The notes under the pieces: model-generated | Told to the model about the DNA's origin: nothing | The model's database searches: none | The model's input: only the letters and a program-made list of their open reading frames with translations | Shown here: piece by piece, positions 17,189 through 27,039 of the stretch | Layout: each line of letters starts with the position of its first letter | Numbering within the stretch: the first letter of the stretch is position 1 | Assembly (NCBI GenBank): GCA_019423635.1 | Contig: JAHZBA010000005.1 | Span: forward strand, 5,354-69,353 | DNA: 64,000 nucleotides | DNA from: Clostridiales bacterium | GTDB taxonomy: Bacteria; Bacillota; Clostridia; Oscillospirales; Oscillospiraceae | Direction of reading: 5' to 3' | Translations under genes and position numbers: made by a program

Positions 17189-18553
17189 TTAAAGGCTCAG
17201 ATAATCCATCAGGCTCTGAGAGAGGATGCTGTTGCCCACCTTCAAAGCCGTGTCATACGTGTATTTCGCGAAGATGAAGTCGGAGATGGCCAGGGCCTCG
17301 TCCACGTCCTCCAGACCGGAGATCTGCTCTTGCAGGTTGTACTGGTTGGACTCCAGAATCGTGGCGTTGGTGGTGAGGAACTTGCTGCGGGTGTCCAGCT
17401 CCACATATTGATCCTTCACGGCGGCGGTGACCAGCTCGTATTTATGGGCCAGACGGTAGTACTCGTCCTCTTCCGCCTGGCTGGCGAACTCGCCGTCCCG
17501 GGGATCGCAGTTTTTCAGGATCGTGCCCATCCGGTCCACCATGGCAATGACGTTTTTGGGGTCGCCGTCCGCATCGACGCCATAGCCGCCCAAAAAGTCC
17601 ACGCCCTGGAGCGCCTGGTTGAAGACGCTGGTGGTCTCCACCCTGCCGCCGTTGGTGTCAAAGCCCAGACCGATGTCTGCGTTCTTCACCTCGTCCTCGG
17701 AGAAGTAGCGGAGCTTTTCCAGTTCGTCCTTGTCCGTGGTGTTCACGGGGATGCCGCGGTAGCAGAGGGTTCTGGCGGCCTGGTTTTTGTCATTGGTGCC
17801 AGTGCCGTCCTTGGTCAGGTACTTGAAGGCGGCCATCTCGTTGTAGTTGGGGTTCTTCCGCGGCGCGGCCTGGGCCCTGTCATCCGTAGGATTTCCGTCC
17901 TTATCCAGATAGGGCGGAATGTCGGGATTCGTGGGATCGGCAAGAAAGGCGGGGTTTGCCTCGGGAAGCGCCTCAAGGGGATCATTGGTTCCGACCTTGT
18001 TTACCCCGTCCTCCTTGAGATACTGGAACGTCTCCTGCTTTACCGGGTCGACCTGGTCCGGCGGAATGTACTCCGGGTTGGTCTGCGCCCCCCAGGTGAA
18101 GGGGACATTCAGACCGTCGGCGCCGGCAAAGATGAAATTCTCGCCATACCGGCCGTTCATGGTCTGCACCATGTTCTCCGCCAGAGCCGTCATGGACTGG
18201 CCCAGGGCCGTCCGGGCGGAGCCGTCCGGATCATTTGCGCCCTCCAGCATCAGCGCCTTGAAGGTGCCGTTGTTGGAGACCGTATCCAGGTTCTCCTCAA
18301 TCTGCGCCACGGCCTTCCAGGCCTGCTGGAACTTATATTGAATGGAGGTGTTCAGATCCCGCTGGGCGCTGTTGCGCAGCAGGGCGGTCCGCTTCTGGAA
18401 GCTGAGGGCGGCCGCGGCGGGATCTTCGGCAAAGGAGTTGAAAAGCCGGCCGGTTTGAACGGTGTTCATGGATTTGTTCATATAATAGCCGGACCGCTGC
18501 AGGTTATAGCGGTAGGTTTTCAGAGTGCTGGTGGTTGTGGTACGGGCAATCAT
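17189..18553 (-). CDS. flgL: Flagellar hook-associated protein 3 FlgL
   Basis: FAEDPAAA, MNGRYGENFIFAG, C-terminal Y..ALKVG..ILSQSLMDYL; follows flgK. Confidence 0.92.
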   Translation of the reverse strand: MIARTTTTSTLKTYRYNLQRSGYYMNKSMNTVQTGRLFNSFAEDPAAAALSFQKRTALLRNSAQRDLNTSIQYKFQQAWKAVAQIEENLDTVSNNGTFKALMLEGANDPDGSARTALGQSMTALAENMVQTMNGRYGENFIFAGADGLNVPFTWGAQTNPEYIPPDQVDPVKQETFQYLKEDGVNKVGTNDPLEALPEANPAFLADPTNPDIPPYLDKDGNPTDDRAQAAPRKNPNYNEMAAFKYLTKDGTGTNDKNQAARTLCYRGIPVNTTDKDELEKLRYFSEDEVKNADIGLGFDTNGGRVETTSVFNQALQGVDFLGGYGVDADGDPKNVIAMVDRMGTILKNCDPRDGEFASQAEEDEYYRLAHKYELVTAAVKDQYVELDTRSKFLTTNATILESNQYNLQEQISGLEDVDEALAISDFIFAKYTYDTALKVGNSILSQSLMDYLSL

Positions 18554-18571
18554 GGAAATCTCCCTCCTTTA

Positions 18572-21211
18572 TCAGGTCGTCAGGCCGGTGTTGTTAATCA
18601 GCTTATCCAGCACGGAATCCAGCGTCGTCATCAGGCGGCAGGCGGCATTGTAGGACTTTGCGTACTGCATCAGATTCATGGCCTCATCGTTGAAGTCCAC
18701 GCTGGAGACGGAGGCGCGGCTGCTGTCCAGCTCTACCGTCTTCTCGTAATAGTTGTCCAGCAGGGTGCTGGTCTCCTTCTGGTCATGGCCCAGCGTGGTG
18801 CCGATGCTGCGCCACATCTCCGAAAAGCTGCCGGTGAACATCGCCTCTTCCTGCGCGTTCCCCACGATGTCCTGGGGGAAGTACTCCAGCCGCTTGGATT
18901 TCAGGCCGTGGAGCAGCAGCACGTTGCTGCTGTCGGTGGAGGCGGGATTCAGATCGCCGTCTGCGCAGATGAAGGAGTTGACCACCATGGGGCCTCTGGT
19001 CCAGCTGGCGGAGACGGAGATGTTGGCGGCGGTGATGCCCTCGGCGCTGTCGGTGTCGCCGTTGCTGCTGAAGAGGTTGCCGCCCCGGAACATGCCCGGC
19101 GCCGCCTTGACCGGATTATTGTCAGCGTCAAGGTACTCCTTAGTGGGGTCGCCCTTGTATTTGATCGTCTGCGTGTCGTCCTTCAGATAGGCGATGACAT
19201 CCGCCTCTCCGTTTTCATCCACATACTTGTTGTCTTTGAGCCAGGTCTTGATCTCATCGGGCACCTTGGACATATCCCATTTGGTGGAGCACAGCATATC
19301 CTTCGTGTTGAGGGCGTAGGTGTTGCCGTTGCCGTCATCCAGGACGATGGCTTCGCTGACAAGCTGGCCGTCCTTATCCGCGCCGCCTGTGGGGTCCCAG
19401 ACGGTGGTGAGGAGATCCCCGGAGGGGCTGGTGAGGTAACCCTGGTTCTGCTCGTTGAAGGAGGTGGCGATCTGCTTGGCCAGCAGGTCCAGGACGTTCT
19501 GGTAGTAGGGGATGCCGCGCTTGGTAACGGCGTTTTCATCCACCGTGGCCACTACGTCGCGGTCAGTGAACTCGCCGCTCTCCGTCAGCATCTCCCGCTG
19601 GGACTGGAGGGAGCCATAGAGGTCGTTGTCATCCAGATCCACCGGCTTGGAGGGAGTCTTGATATAGTCCTGGGCGAAGTAGACGGGCTTGGTCTCCCGG
19701 TCAGCCTCGGCGGCGGAGTTGGTGAGCACGGTTTTTGTAGTGCCGTCTGCGTTCTTGACCGTTTTCTGATAGCGGAAGAACTGCGCGTGCGTCGGATCTT
19801 CCGGATCAAGGTCCGCCGGAGGCGTCGCGTTGGGATTGTACACCGGGTTTGTCTTCAAGCTCTTCTGCCAGCTCTGCCGGACGCTGGTGATGCGGACCGA
19901 GCCGTCGTCGAGGGTCTCCGAAATGGTCTCGCCCTTCAGGAACTTATCAATGATGGCCTTGTCGGCGGCATTGGCGGCATCCAGAACCTTCTCCTGCAGC
20001 ACCTGGACACTCTCGTGGAGCCTGCCGTAGACATCCCGCATCTCGGAGAGGGTGAGGTCAAAGTTGGAGTTGTTCACCATCACGGCCTGCTCGAGATCCG
20101 CCGTGGGGTTGCCGTCGGCATCCTCGTAAGGCTTGTAGTCGGGATTTTCCTTTTTAATCCACAGAGCATCCGCCTCATTGGCAACGGGGTCGCCCTGGTC
20201 ATTCAGGAAGGGCAGAGTTCCATTGGTTGCCGGGTCTGGATTGGGCGTGGGAATCATATCGGCCAGGGCGGGATCGTTGGTCAAGCTGCCGTCCTTAGCG
20301 ACATAGGCAAAGGTGGTGTCATCATCGGGATTCTCCTCCCGCAGCTTGGGCACCTGGGTGTAGCCCAGCTGCGCGCAGTACCGGCCGTCAATCAGCACGG
20401 ATTCATCCGTGTTGGCCAGGGGATCGGGGTTGGCGTCGCCCAGCTTGATGATGAGCTTTTCCACCGTCTGTCCCGCGCCGATGTCCTCGGTGGTGTAGGT
20501 CACGTCAATCTTCAGGTAGGTGGAGAGCTGGTCAATCAGGTTGTTCCGCTGATCCCGCAGCTCCAGCGCGTTGTCGCCGTGGATTTCGCTCTTGCGGATG
20601 GAGGCGTTCAGATCCCGGATGTTGGTCAGGAGCTTGTTGACCGTCGTCAGATCCTGGTTGAACTGCTCCTCCGAGTCCTTGTACAGCTCCTTCAGCTGCG
20701 CCGCATAGGACCGCAGCTCCTGGCACAGGGAGTCCACGGCGGTGCGCACCTGCACGTCGTATTCCTTCTGGCCGGTGTAATCGGTCAGGCCGGAGATGGC
20801 CTGGAAGATGTTCTCAATCTGATAGGCGATGATGCCGAACTCCTCGCCCTCCTTGACCTCGCCGCCCTTGCCGACCTCGTCCAGAATGGCCTTGATCTTC
20901 TCCAGGCCGTTCAGCTTGGCGTCCATGGCGCCCACGTTGGAATTGTCGTTGCGGAAGCGGATGTCCAGATAGGGGTCCCGCAGCTGGGAGACGCTGGTGG
21001 GCAGCACGCCGTTGCCGATCCGCAGCTCATACTGGGAGTGGTAGCGGTCGGCGCCGCCGGTTTTGAAGCTGACCTGCTCCAGCCGCTGGCGGGTATAGCC
21101 CGCGGTGTTGACGTTGGAGATATTGTTGCCGGTGACACTGAGTCCCAGCTGGGCGGCGTAAATCGCCAGCCGCGCCTGGGTAAAAGAACCAAACGTACCA
21201 ATCGAGCCCAT
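18572..21211 (-). CDS. flgK: Flagellar hook-associated protein 1 FlgK
   Basis: GNNISNVNTAGYTRQR, QLRDPYLD, LRDQRN.LID.LS, SVSSVDFNDEAMNLMQY.KSYNAA. Confidence 0.95.
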   Translation of the reverse strand: MGSIGTFGSFTQARLAIYAAQLGLSVTGNNISNVNTAGYTRQRLEQVSFKTGGADRYHSQYELRIGNGVLPTSVSQLRDPYLDIRFRNDNSNVGAMDAKLNGLEKIKAILDEVGKGGEVKEGEEFGIIAYQIENIFQAISGLTDYTGQKEYDVQVRTAVDSLCQELRSYAAQLKELYKDSEEQFNQDLTTVNKLLTNIRDLNASIRKSEIHGDNALELRDQRNNLIDQLSTYLKIDVTYTTEDIGAGQTVEKLIIKLGDANPDPLANTDESVLIDGRYCAQLGYTQVPKLREENPDDDTTFAYVAKDGSLTNDPALADMIPTPNPDPATNGTLPFLNDQGDPVANEADALWIKKENPDYKPYEDADGNPTADLEQAVMVNNSNFDLTLSEMRDVYGRLHESVQVLQEKVLDAANAADKAIIDKFLKGETISETLDDGSVRITSVRQSWQKSLKTNPVYNPNATPPADLDPEDPTHAQFFRYQKTVKNADGTTKTVLTNSAAEADRETKPVYFAQDYIKTPSKPVDLDDNDLYGSLQSQREMLTESGEFTDRDVVATVDENAVTKRGIPYYQNVLDLLAKQIATSFNEQNQGYLTSPSGDLLTTVWDPTGGADKDGQLVSEAIVLDDGNGNTYALNTKDMLCSTKWDMSKVPDEIKTWLKDNKYVDENGEADVIAYLKDDTQTIKYKGDPTKEYLDADNNPVKAAPGMFRGGNLFSSNGDTDSAEGITAANISVSASWTRGPMVVNSFICADGDLNPASTDSSNVLLLHGLKSKRLEYFPQDIVGNAQEEAMFTGSFSEMWRSIGTTLGHDQKETSTLLDNYYEKTVELDSSRASVSSVDFNDEAMNLMQYAKSYNAACRLMTTLDSVLDKLINNTGLTT

Positions 21212-21246
21212 AGAAAAACTCCTTTTATTTGCAGTTCCGCCGCCCG

Positions 21247-21720
21247 TCAGGCACGGAAGTCGGTCTTCATGTTGGGAGGGGTCTCCGTCTCCGGCGGTGT
21301 GTAGCCGGGCCCGGCGGCGGGAGTGGCGCCCGCCTCCTCCAGAATCTTCTCAATCTCATGGAGGTTGCCCTCCAGAATGGTGCGGGCCGCGTCGGCCTCC
21401 TTGCGGTAGAGGCGGTACTGCTCCTGCAGGGCCGCCACGGTCTGCCGGGCCTCCGCCTGCATGGCGGCAGGGTAGCACTCAGGCAGGGAAGACAGGGGCA
21501 GATCTCCTGCACCCAGCTCGCCCAGGAGCTTTTCCCGCTTTTGATCCAGCCCCCGGAAGGACAGCGTGATGGCCTGTTCCTGCTTGAGCAGTTCGTCCAG
21601 AGCCAGCAGATCGTCGTTTTTCGCGATGGCCGCCTTCACCCGGGCCAGATCTGTAAGCTGCGCCAGCTTTTCCCGCAGGGCCTCCAGCAGATCCAGATAG
21701 GAGCGATACACATCCGCCAT
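21247..21720 (-). CDS. flgN: Flagellar export chaperone FlgN
   Basis: Between flgM and flgK; K..AI..DDL..LD....EQ helical pattern. Confidence 0.8.
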   Translation of the reverse strand: MADVYRSYLDLLEALREKLAQLTDLARVKAAIAKNDDLLALDELLKQEQAITLSFRGLDQKREKLLGELGAGDLPLSSLPECYPAAMQAEARQTVAALQEQYRLYRKEADAARTILEGNLHEIEKILEEAGATPAAGPGYTPPETETPPNMKTDFRA

Positions 21721-21724
21721 ACCC

Positions 21725-22039
21725 TTACTCCTCCATCATGAACAGGATGCTTCTGGCGATGGACATGGGGTCCGGATGATACTCTCCGGCGGCCACAGCC
21801 CGGCGGAGCTCCTGAATGTCGCCGGTGGTGGTAGAGGTCCGCACCTCCTGGGAGAGCCGGCCAACCACACTCATCTGGTAGGCATGTTTGCCGGCCGTGG
21901 CGGAGATGATGGCAGAATCAAATTTATTATGTTCCGAGGAGGTCTTCTGCGCGGTACCGCGCTTGGAGACGGGGAAATACGTTTTAGGCCGGCCAACAGA
22001 AGAAATGCCGCCGGGACCATATGGAGTCAGCACAATCAT
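21725..22039 (-). CDS. flgM: Anti-sigma28 factor FlgM
   Basis: D.A.IS motif and C-terminal IQELRRAVAAGEY.PD...IARSI. Confidence 0.85.
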   Translation of the reverse strand: MIVLTPYGPGGISSVGRPKTYFPVSKRGTAQKTSSEHNKFDSAIISATAGKHAYQMSVVGRLSQEVRTSTTTGDIQELRRAVAAGEYHPDPMSIARSILFMMEE

Positions 22040-22086
22040 TCACTTCCTTTTCGATAATCAAAACCTGAACTTCTCACTCAATATTC

Positions 22087-22114
22087 ATATCGGCAAAATC
22101 GCAGGAAAGTTAAG
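22087..22114 (-). promoter_or_regulatory. sigma28 promoter of the flgM operon
   Basis: Minus strand TTAA-N15-GCCGATAT, close to the SigD consensus TAAA-N15-GCCGATAT. Confidence 0.8.
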
Positions 22115-22385
22115 GAGAGAAGAGAAAATTCTCAGCCCGGATCGCAGGCGGCCTGGAACAAACACAGCGTGCGCTTTCCGCGCGGCAGACCGCCGGAGCG
22201 GCGGCGGGTACTCCCGGTTCCTCCGCAGAGAGCAGGCGTTTTGATGGGCCGGCCGCGGCGCCCGTTTTTGCCTGGGGCTCCGCACCGGCGGGGGCAGAAT
22301 GCGTCGCTGTGAAGCGGGGGCGGCGCGGAATCGCCGGTGGAGATACGTGCGGAGCAATGTGACTCCGCGCAAGACAGACGGCGCG

Positions 22386-22416
22386 CAAAGACGCCCGCGC
22401 CGAAGGCGCGGGCGTC
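22386..22416 (-). terminator. Terminator after cheB
   Basis: gacgcccgcgcc-gaa-ggcgcgggcgtc 12-bp stem with a short U-run on the minus strand. Confidence 0.7.
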
Positions 22417-22422
22417 AGAATC

Positions 22423-23481
22423 TCAGCTGAGGGTTTTCAAATGGCGGATCAGGACCCCCGCAATGCCGTCGCAGGGGGCCTGGGTACACACGGCGCCGAT
22501 CTCCTTGGCCACCATGGGCATTCCGTACACCACGGAGGACTCCTTATCCTGTCCGATGGTATAGGCGCCCTTCTGGCGCATGGCCAAGAGACCCGCCGCG
22601 CCGTCCTGCCCCATGCCGGTCATGATAATGCCCACCATCTTGCACTTCACGGCCTCCGACATGGACTGGAACAGCGCGTCCACCGAGGGCCGATGACCGC
22701 TGACCTTCTCGCCGGGCATACAGGAGACGGTGTACTTGTTGCCGATCCGCACCACCCGGCACTGCAGGTCCGCGGGAGCCACCAGCGCAAGCCCGCGGTG
22801 GAGCTCATCGCCGTTCTTGGCCTCCCGGACCTCCATCTTGCAGAGGCGGTCCAGCCGCTCGGCGTACATCTTGGTAAAGCCGGGGGGCATATGCTGCACG
22901 ATCACCATGCCGGGAATATCCTCCGGCAGGCGCTTCATCACCTCCAGCGTGGCCTCCGTGCCGCCGGTGGAGGCGCCCAGGCCGATCAGAACATTGTTCA
23001 GCGCCGGCGAAGCACCCAGAGGAGGCACTGCGGCAGCTGCCGAACCGCCCGCCGCGGCCGTGGCAACCACAGACGACGAGGCCGTCCGTACCTTGGCGTT
23101 GGAGGCAATCAGCACCTTCTGTGTCAGGGCCGTGATGAAGGCGGCCTTCTTATCCTGGGAATCCGGCTTGCGGACAAAGTCCACCGCGCCGGCGTCCAGG
23201 GCGTCGAAAACTTTGAGGTTCAGCGAGGAGACGAGGATCACCGGAATGGGGTTGGTGGGGATATACTCCCGGAGAAAATCCAGGCCGCTCTGGCCCGGCA
23301 TCTCCACATCCAGCGTGATGACATCCGGCCGCAGCTTGGGAATCTTCATTTTGGCGTCCAGGGTGTTGATGGCATAGCCGACGACTTCGATCCGCGGATG
23401 TACGGAAAGTCCGCTGATAATCATCGTGCGGGCCACCGCGGAATCGTCCACCACCATGACACGGATTTTGTTGCCCTGCAT
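22423..23481 (-). CDS. cheB: Chemotaxis methylesterase CheB
   Basis: REC domain (VVDDS, LDVEMP); GASTGG, VQHMP, HRPSVD, TGMGQDG. Confidence 0.97.
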   Translation of the reverse strand: MQGNKIRVMVVDDSAVARTMIISGLSVHPRIEVVGYAINTLDAKMKIPKLRPDVITLDVEMPGQSGLDFLREYIPTNPIPVILVSSLNLKVFDALDAGAVDFVRKPDSQDKKAAFITALTQKVLIASNAKVRTASSSVVATAAAGGSAAAAVPPLGASPALNNVLIGLGASTGGTEATLEVMKRLPEDIPGMVIVQHMPPGFTKMYAERLDRLCKMEVREAKNGDELHRGLALVAPADLQCRVVRIGNKYTVSCMPGEKVSGHRPSVDALFQSMSEAVKCKMVGIIMTGMGQDGAAGLLAMRQKGAYTIGQDKESSVVYGMPMVAKEIGAVCTQAPCDGIAGVLIRHLKTLS

Positions 23482-23497
23482 CAATGGGGGATACCTC

Positions 23498-24346
23498 CTA
23501 TTTTTGGAACGTGGCCGGTGCGAGCCTGCGATAGGGCGCGTTCGGGCCCAGGTTCTCCGAGCAGCTGATCATGAAATAGCCGCCGGGAACGGTGTAATCA
23601 TAGAACCGCCGGACCAGCGCATCCTTGGTGGGCTGATCGAAGTAAATCATCACATTCCGGCAGAAAATCATGTCGAACTTCCGGCGGAACTTGATGGGTC
23701 CCATGAGGTTAAAGGTCTGGAAAATGACGTTGTTCTTCACCGCCGGCGCCACCGTGTGGCTGCCGTCCCCGTTGGGAACAAAGTATTTCTTCTTCCACTC
23801 CGGGGGGATCGTGTCCGGCAGCGTGTAGACGCCCTTCCGGGCGGCGGCCAGCGCCTGGGCCGAGATATCGGTGGCCAGGATGCGGGTGTCCCACTGGCTG
23901 GCCTGGCTGCCCAGGTAGTCAAAGAGGAACATGGTGAGGTTGTAGGGCTCCTCCCCGCTGGAACAGCCCGCGCTCCAGATGGAGAGCACCTTGTCCCGCT
24001 GGTGCCGCTGAACCAGATCCGGAATGATCTTGTTGCGGAAGTAGTCCAGGGGCTCCTTCTCCCGCATGAAGAACGTGTAGTTTGTGGTGAGCTTGTTGAT
24101 GACAAGCGTCACATCGTCTTCGTTCTTGTTTTTCAAAAGGTTATCCACAAAATCCCCGAAGCTGTTGTAGCCCTTTTGCCGCAGCACCGGAGACAGCCGC
24201 CCGGTAATCAGCTGCTTTTTCTGGAAGAGATCAATGCCGTAGGTGGTGTGGATAAATTTGGCCATCCGCTGGAAATCCGCCTCGGAGATGGTCATGGGGG
24301 CAAAGCTGCGGCCGCCTTTTTCAGAGGAGGTGGAATTAGTACTCAT
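23498..24346 (-). CDS. cheR: Chemotaxis methyltransferase CheR
   Basis: TTNYTFFMRE, IWSAGCSSGEEPY, ATDIS, FCRNVMIYF. Confidence 0.97.
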   Translation of the reverse strand: MSTNSTSSEKGGRSFAPMTISEADFQRMAKFIHTTYGIDLFQKKQLITGRLSPVLRQKGYNSFGDFVDNLLKNKNEDDVTLVINKLTTNYTFFMREKEPLDYFRNKIIPDLVQRHQRDKVLSIWSAGCSSGEEPYNLTMFLFDYLGSQASQWDTRILATDISAQALAAARKGVYTLPDTIPPEWKKKYFVPNGDGSHTVAPAVKNNVIFQTFNLMGPIKFRRKFDMIFCRNVMIYFDQPTKDALVRRFYDYTVPGGYFMISCSENLGPNAPYRRLAPATFQK

Positions 24347-24824
24347 GTTGGACCAGCTCCTCGCAATCCAGCACCAGCATCGTGCCGGAGCCGTCCGGGA
24401 TATTGCACATGCTGGAGACCAGTTTCTGGGAGCTCTGTGCGGGCATGGGCAGAATGGTCTCGTTGGGGATGTCGATCATCTGGTCCACCGCGTCCACCAG
24501 GATGCCGATGGAGGTGCCCGCATAGTTCAGCACCACCAGGAGTCTGTCCTGCTCCAGGGCGGGCTTGCCCAGACGCAGCCGGATGTCCATCACGGGGATG
24601 ATCTGGCCGCGCATGTTGAAAATGCCGCGGATGTAGTCGGGCATCATGGGCAGATAGGTCACCGAATAGGCGTTCAGAATTTCCACCACATACTCGGCGT
24701 CCACGCCCAGCTTCAGATCGTCAATCAGAAAAATCAGGTATTTGCGGCTGGAAGAAACGGGTTCTTCCACAATCGGTTCCTCTGTTTCCTGCGCAAACAG
24801 AACCTCTTCTTGTACTGCGTTCAT
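24336..24824 (-). CDS. cheW: Chemotaxis coupling protein CheW
   Basis: GIFNMRGQIIPVMD, GILVDAV; ATG 24824 after GGAGGAG. Confidence 0.95.
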   Translation of the reverse strand: MNAVQEEVLFAQETEEPIVEEPVSSSRKYLIFLIDDLKLGVDAEYVVEILNAYSVTYLPMMPDYIRGIFNMRGQIIPVMDIRLRLGKPALEQDRLLVVLNYAGTSIGILVDAVDQMIDIPNETILPMPAQSSQKLVSSMCNIPDGSGTMLVLDCEELVQHEY

Positions 24825-24844
24825 GGCGCTCCTCCTCCCTATGT

Positions 24845-26941
24845 TTACGCGCTGTATGCGGCGGCGTGCAGGTTGCCCACATCCAGAATGATGCTGATAT
24901 TGCCGTCGCCCAGGATGCTGCATCCGGTGATGCCGGAGTTTTTGATGTCGAAGTTGTTAACGTAAGAGGGCAGCGGCTTCACAACGATCTGCTGCTCGCC
25001 CAGCAGCTCGTCTACAAACAGGCAGTAAGAGCGGTCGCCGGACTCCAGCCACATCAGAATGCCGTCCTCCACCTGATCCGCGCCGCTGGGAAGGCGGTAG
25101 AATTCCTTTGCCCGGATGATGGGATAGTAGTTCTCCCGGATCTTGAACATCTCGCCGTTGACGGAGTCGTGGATGATGTCGTTGGAGGAGATCTTCATGC
25201 TGGAGAGAATGTTGTTGATGGGAATGGTGAAAATGGAGTCACCCACGGCGACCTCCATGCCGTCCATGATGGCCATGGTCAGGGGGATGCGCATGACGGT
25301 GGTCATGCCCTTGCCCAGCTCGCTGGTGATGCTGACGGTGCCGCCCAGGCTCTCCACGCCGCTTTTCACCACGTCCATGCCCACGCCCCGGCCGGAGAAC
25401 TCCGTCACCTCCACGTTGGTGGAAAAGCCCGGCATCAGCAGGAAGTTCAGGATCTCCTTGTGGGAGTACTCAAAATCCGGAGAGGCCAGGCCGTTCTTGA
25501 TGGCCTTTTTCAAAACGGCCTCGTCGTTGACGCCCCGTCCGTCGTCCTGGATGGTGATAATCACCTCGCTGCCGGTATCCTGGGCGGAGAGGATGATCTC
25601 GCCCACGGGGTTCTTGCCGGCGGCAATGCGCTCTTCCTCGGTCTCTTCAATGCCGTGATCCATGGAGTTGCGGATCATGTGCATGATGGGATCGCCGATG
25701 GAGTCCACGATGGTCTTGTCCACCTCGGTGTCCTCGCCGATCAAAACCAGCTTGGCGGGGCGGTTGAGCTTCTTGGTCATATCCCGGACGATGCGGTTCA
25801 TCTTCTGGAAGGTGTTGGACACCGGAATCATCCGCAGGGACATGGACACGTCCTGTAGCTCGTCGGTGAGCTTGCGCAGCTGACGGGCGGATTTGGAGAA
25901 GGCGTCCAGGTTCCCCAGTCCCTTGAGATCCGGAGAGCCGGTGACCATGGCCTCGGTGATGACGATCTCGCCCACCAGGGCGGAGAGCTGGTCCAGCTTG
26001 CTGAGGTTGACGCTGATGAGGCTCTCCTTCTGATGCTGGGCGGAGGCGCCGCCTCCGGCAGCTCCCGCGGCGGCAGGCGCCGGAGCGGCCTTCTGAGCTG
26101 CGGCGGCGGGAGTGGGCTCCGCGGCGGCGGGAGCCTCCGGCTCCGGCGGCGCGGGCACGTAGTCGTGGGGCTGATAGGAGTACACGGAGCCGGCAGAGCG
26201 GACGACGGGAATGGCCTTTTCCCGGTCCTCGGCCCGCCGGAACTGGAGCAGGAAGCCGTCGTCGATGATGCGCTCGGCGGTGGAGGCGTCGGTCTCCACC
26301 GCGGCGGGCTCAAAGAGGAAGTCGGACTCGGCGCAGAAATCCCGCACGGAGGTCACGACCATGAACGCCCGCAGGTTCTCCATGCCGCAGCCCTCGTCAA
26401 AGAAGACCCGCAGCTGGAAGGGGAAGTCCGGATTGCCGTTGATGCTGGTGCTGGCCGCGGAGGCGGGTGCGGCTGCGGCGGGCGCCGGTGCCGGCGGAGC
26501 TGCGGCAGGGGCTGCCGGCGCCGCCTCAGGTTCCCCTTTAATTTTAGAGATCAAACTATTAATATTTGAGAGGAAACTGTCGATATTCTCATCAAGGGGC
26601 TGTTCCGACTCCACCTTCTCCATCTCACCCCGGAAATAGTCGATGGACTGAAACAGAAGATCAAACAGAGCCGGCCGGTTCTCCTCTGAGACCACCTCCA
26701 TGGTGCCCTCGCGGATCAGGAAGAACATGTCCTCGATCCGGTGGGCGATGGTGGTGAGTGTATTGAACTCCATCATGGCGGAGGAGCCTTTGATGGTGTG
26801 CATGATCCGAAAGATCTCATTGACATTTTCCTGCGAGAAGGTATCCACCTTTTCCGCGTCCAATACAATGGTCTCCAATTGTTCGAGCAAGGTGTTTGTT
26901 TCATAGATATACATATCCAGAATATCATTGCCGCTGCTCAT
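24845..26941 (-). CDS. cheA: Chemotaxis histidine kinase CheA
   Basis: HPt IFRIMHTIKGSS, P2, HMIRNSMDHGIE, DDGRG, GFST..V...SGRGVGMDVV, C-terminal CheW-like domain. Confidence 0.97.
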   Translation of the reverse strand: MSSGNDILDMYIYETNTLLEQLETIVLDAEKVDTFSQENVNEIFRIMHTIKGSSAMMEFNTLTTIAHRIEDMFFLIREGTMEVVSEENRPALFDLLFQSIDYFRGEMEKVESEQPLDENIDSFLSNINSLISKIKGEPEAAPAAPAAAPPAPAPAAAAPASAASTSINGNPDFPFQLRVFFDEGCGMENLRAFMVVTSVRDFCAESDFLFEPAAVETDASTAERIIDDGFLLQFRRAEDREKAIPVVRSAGSVYSYQPHDYVPAPPEPEAPAAAEPTPAAAAQKAAPAPAAAGAAGGGASAQHQKESLISVNLSKLDQLSALVGEIVITEAMVTGSPDLKGLGNLDAFSKSARQLRKLTDELQDVSMSLRMIPVSNTFQKMNRIVRDMTKKLNRPAKLVLIGEDTEVDKTIVDSIGDPIMHMIRNSMDHGIEETEEERIAAGKNPVGEIILSAQDTGSEVIITIQDDGRGVNDEAVLKKAIKNGLASPDFEYSHKEILNFLLMPGFSTNVEVTEFSGRGVGMDVVKSGVESLGGTVSITSELGKGMTTVMRIPLTMAIMDGMEVAVGDSIFTIPINNILSSMKISSNDIIHDSVNGEMFKIRENYYPIIRAKEFYRLPSGADQVEDGILMWLESGDRSYCLFVDELLGEQQIVVKPLPSYVNNFDIKNSGITGCSILGDGNISIILDVGNLHAAAYSA

Positions 26942-26975
26942 AAAGCAAAACACCGCCTTTCAGCCTTTTCATATT

Positions 26976-27004
26976 ACATCGACCAAATGGGACCAAAAAA
27001 TAAG
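26976..27004 (-). promoter_or_regulatory. Putative sigma28 promoter of cheA-W-R-B
   Basis: Minus strand CTTATTTT-N13-GTCGATGT, same upstream box and spacing as the fliD candidate. Confidence 0.55.
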
Positions 27005-27039
27005 TAGTAATTATAAAAATTTTCTGCGAGGTGACGAGA

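Noticed and set aside
17072..21304. Very long antisense ORFs (1410 aa here; also 29089-34230, 3893-6061, 49106-51109 and others)
   Set aside because: They are shadows of real genes on the opposite strand, caused by high GC3 codon bias; no motifs or RBS.
22120..22385. c-di-GMP (GEMM) riboswitch upstream of flgM or other motility genes
   Set aside because: GC-rich hairpins are present but I could not find the conserved GEMM pattern; an Infernal scan would be needed.
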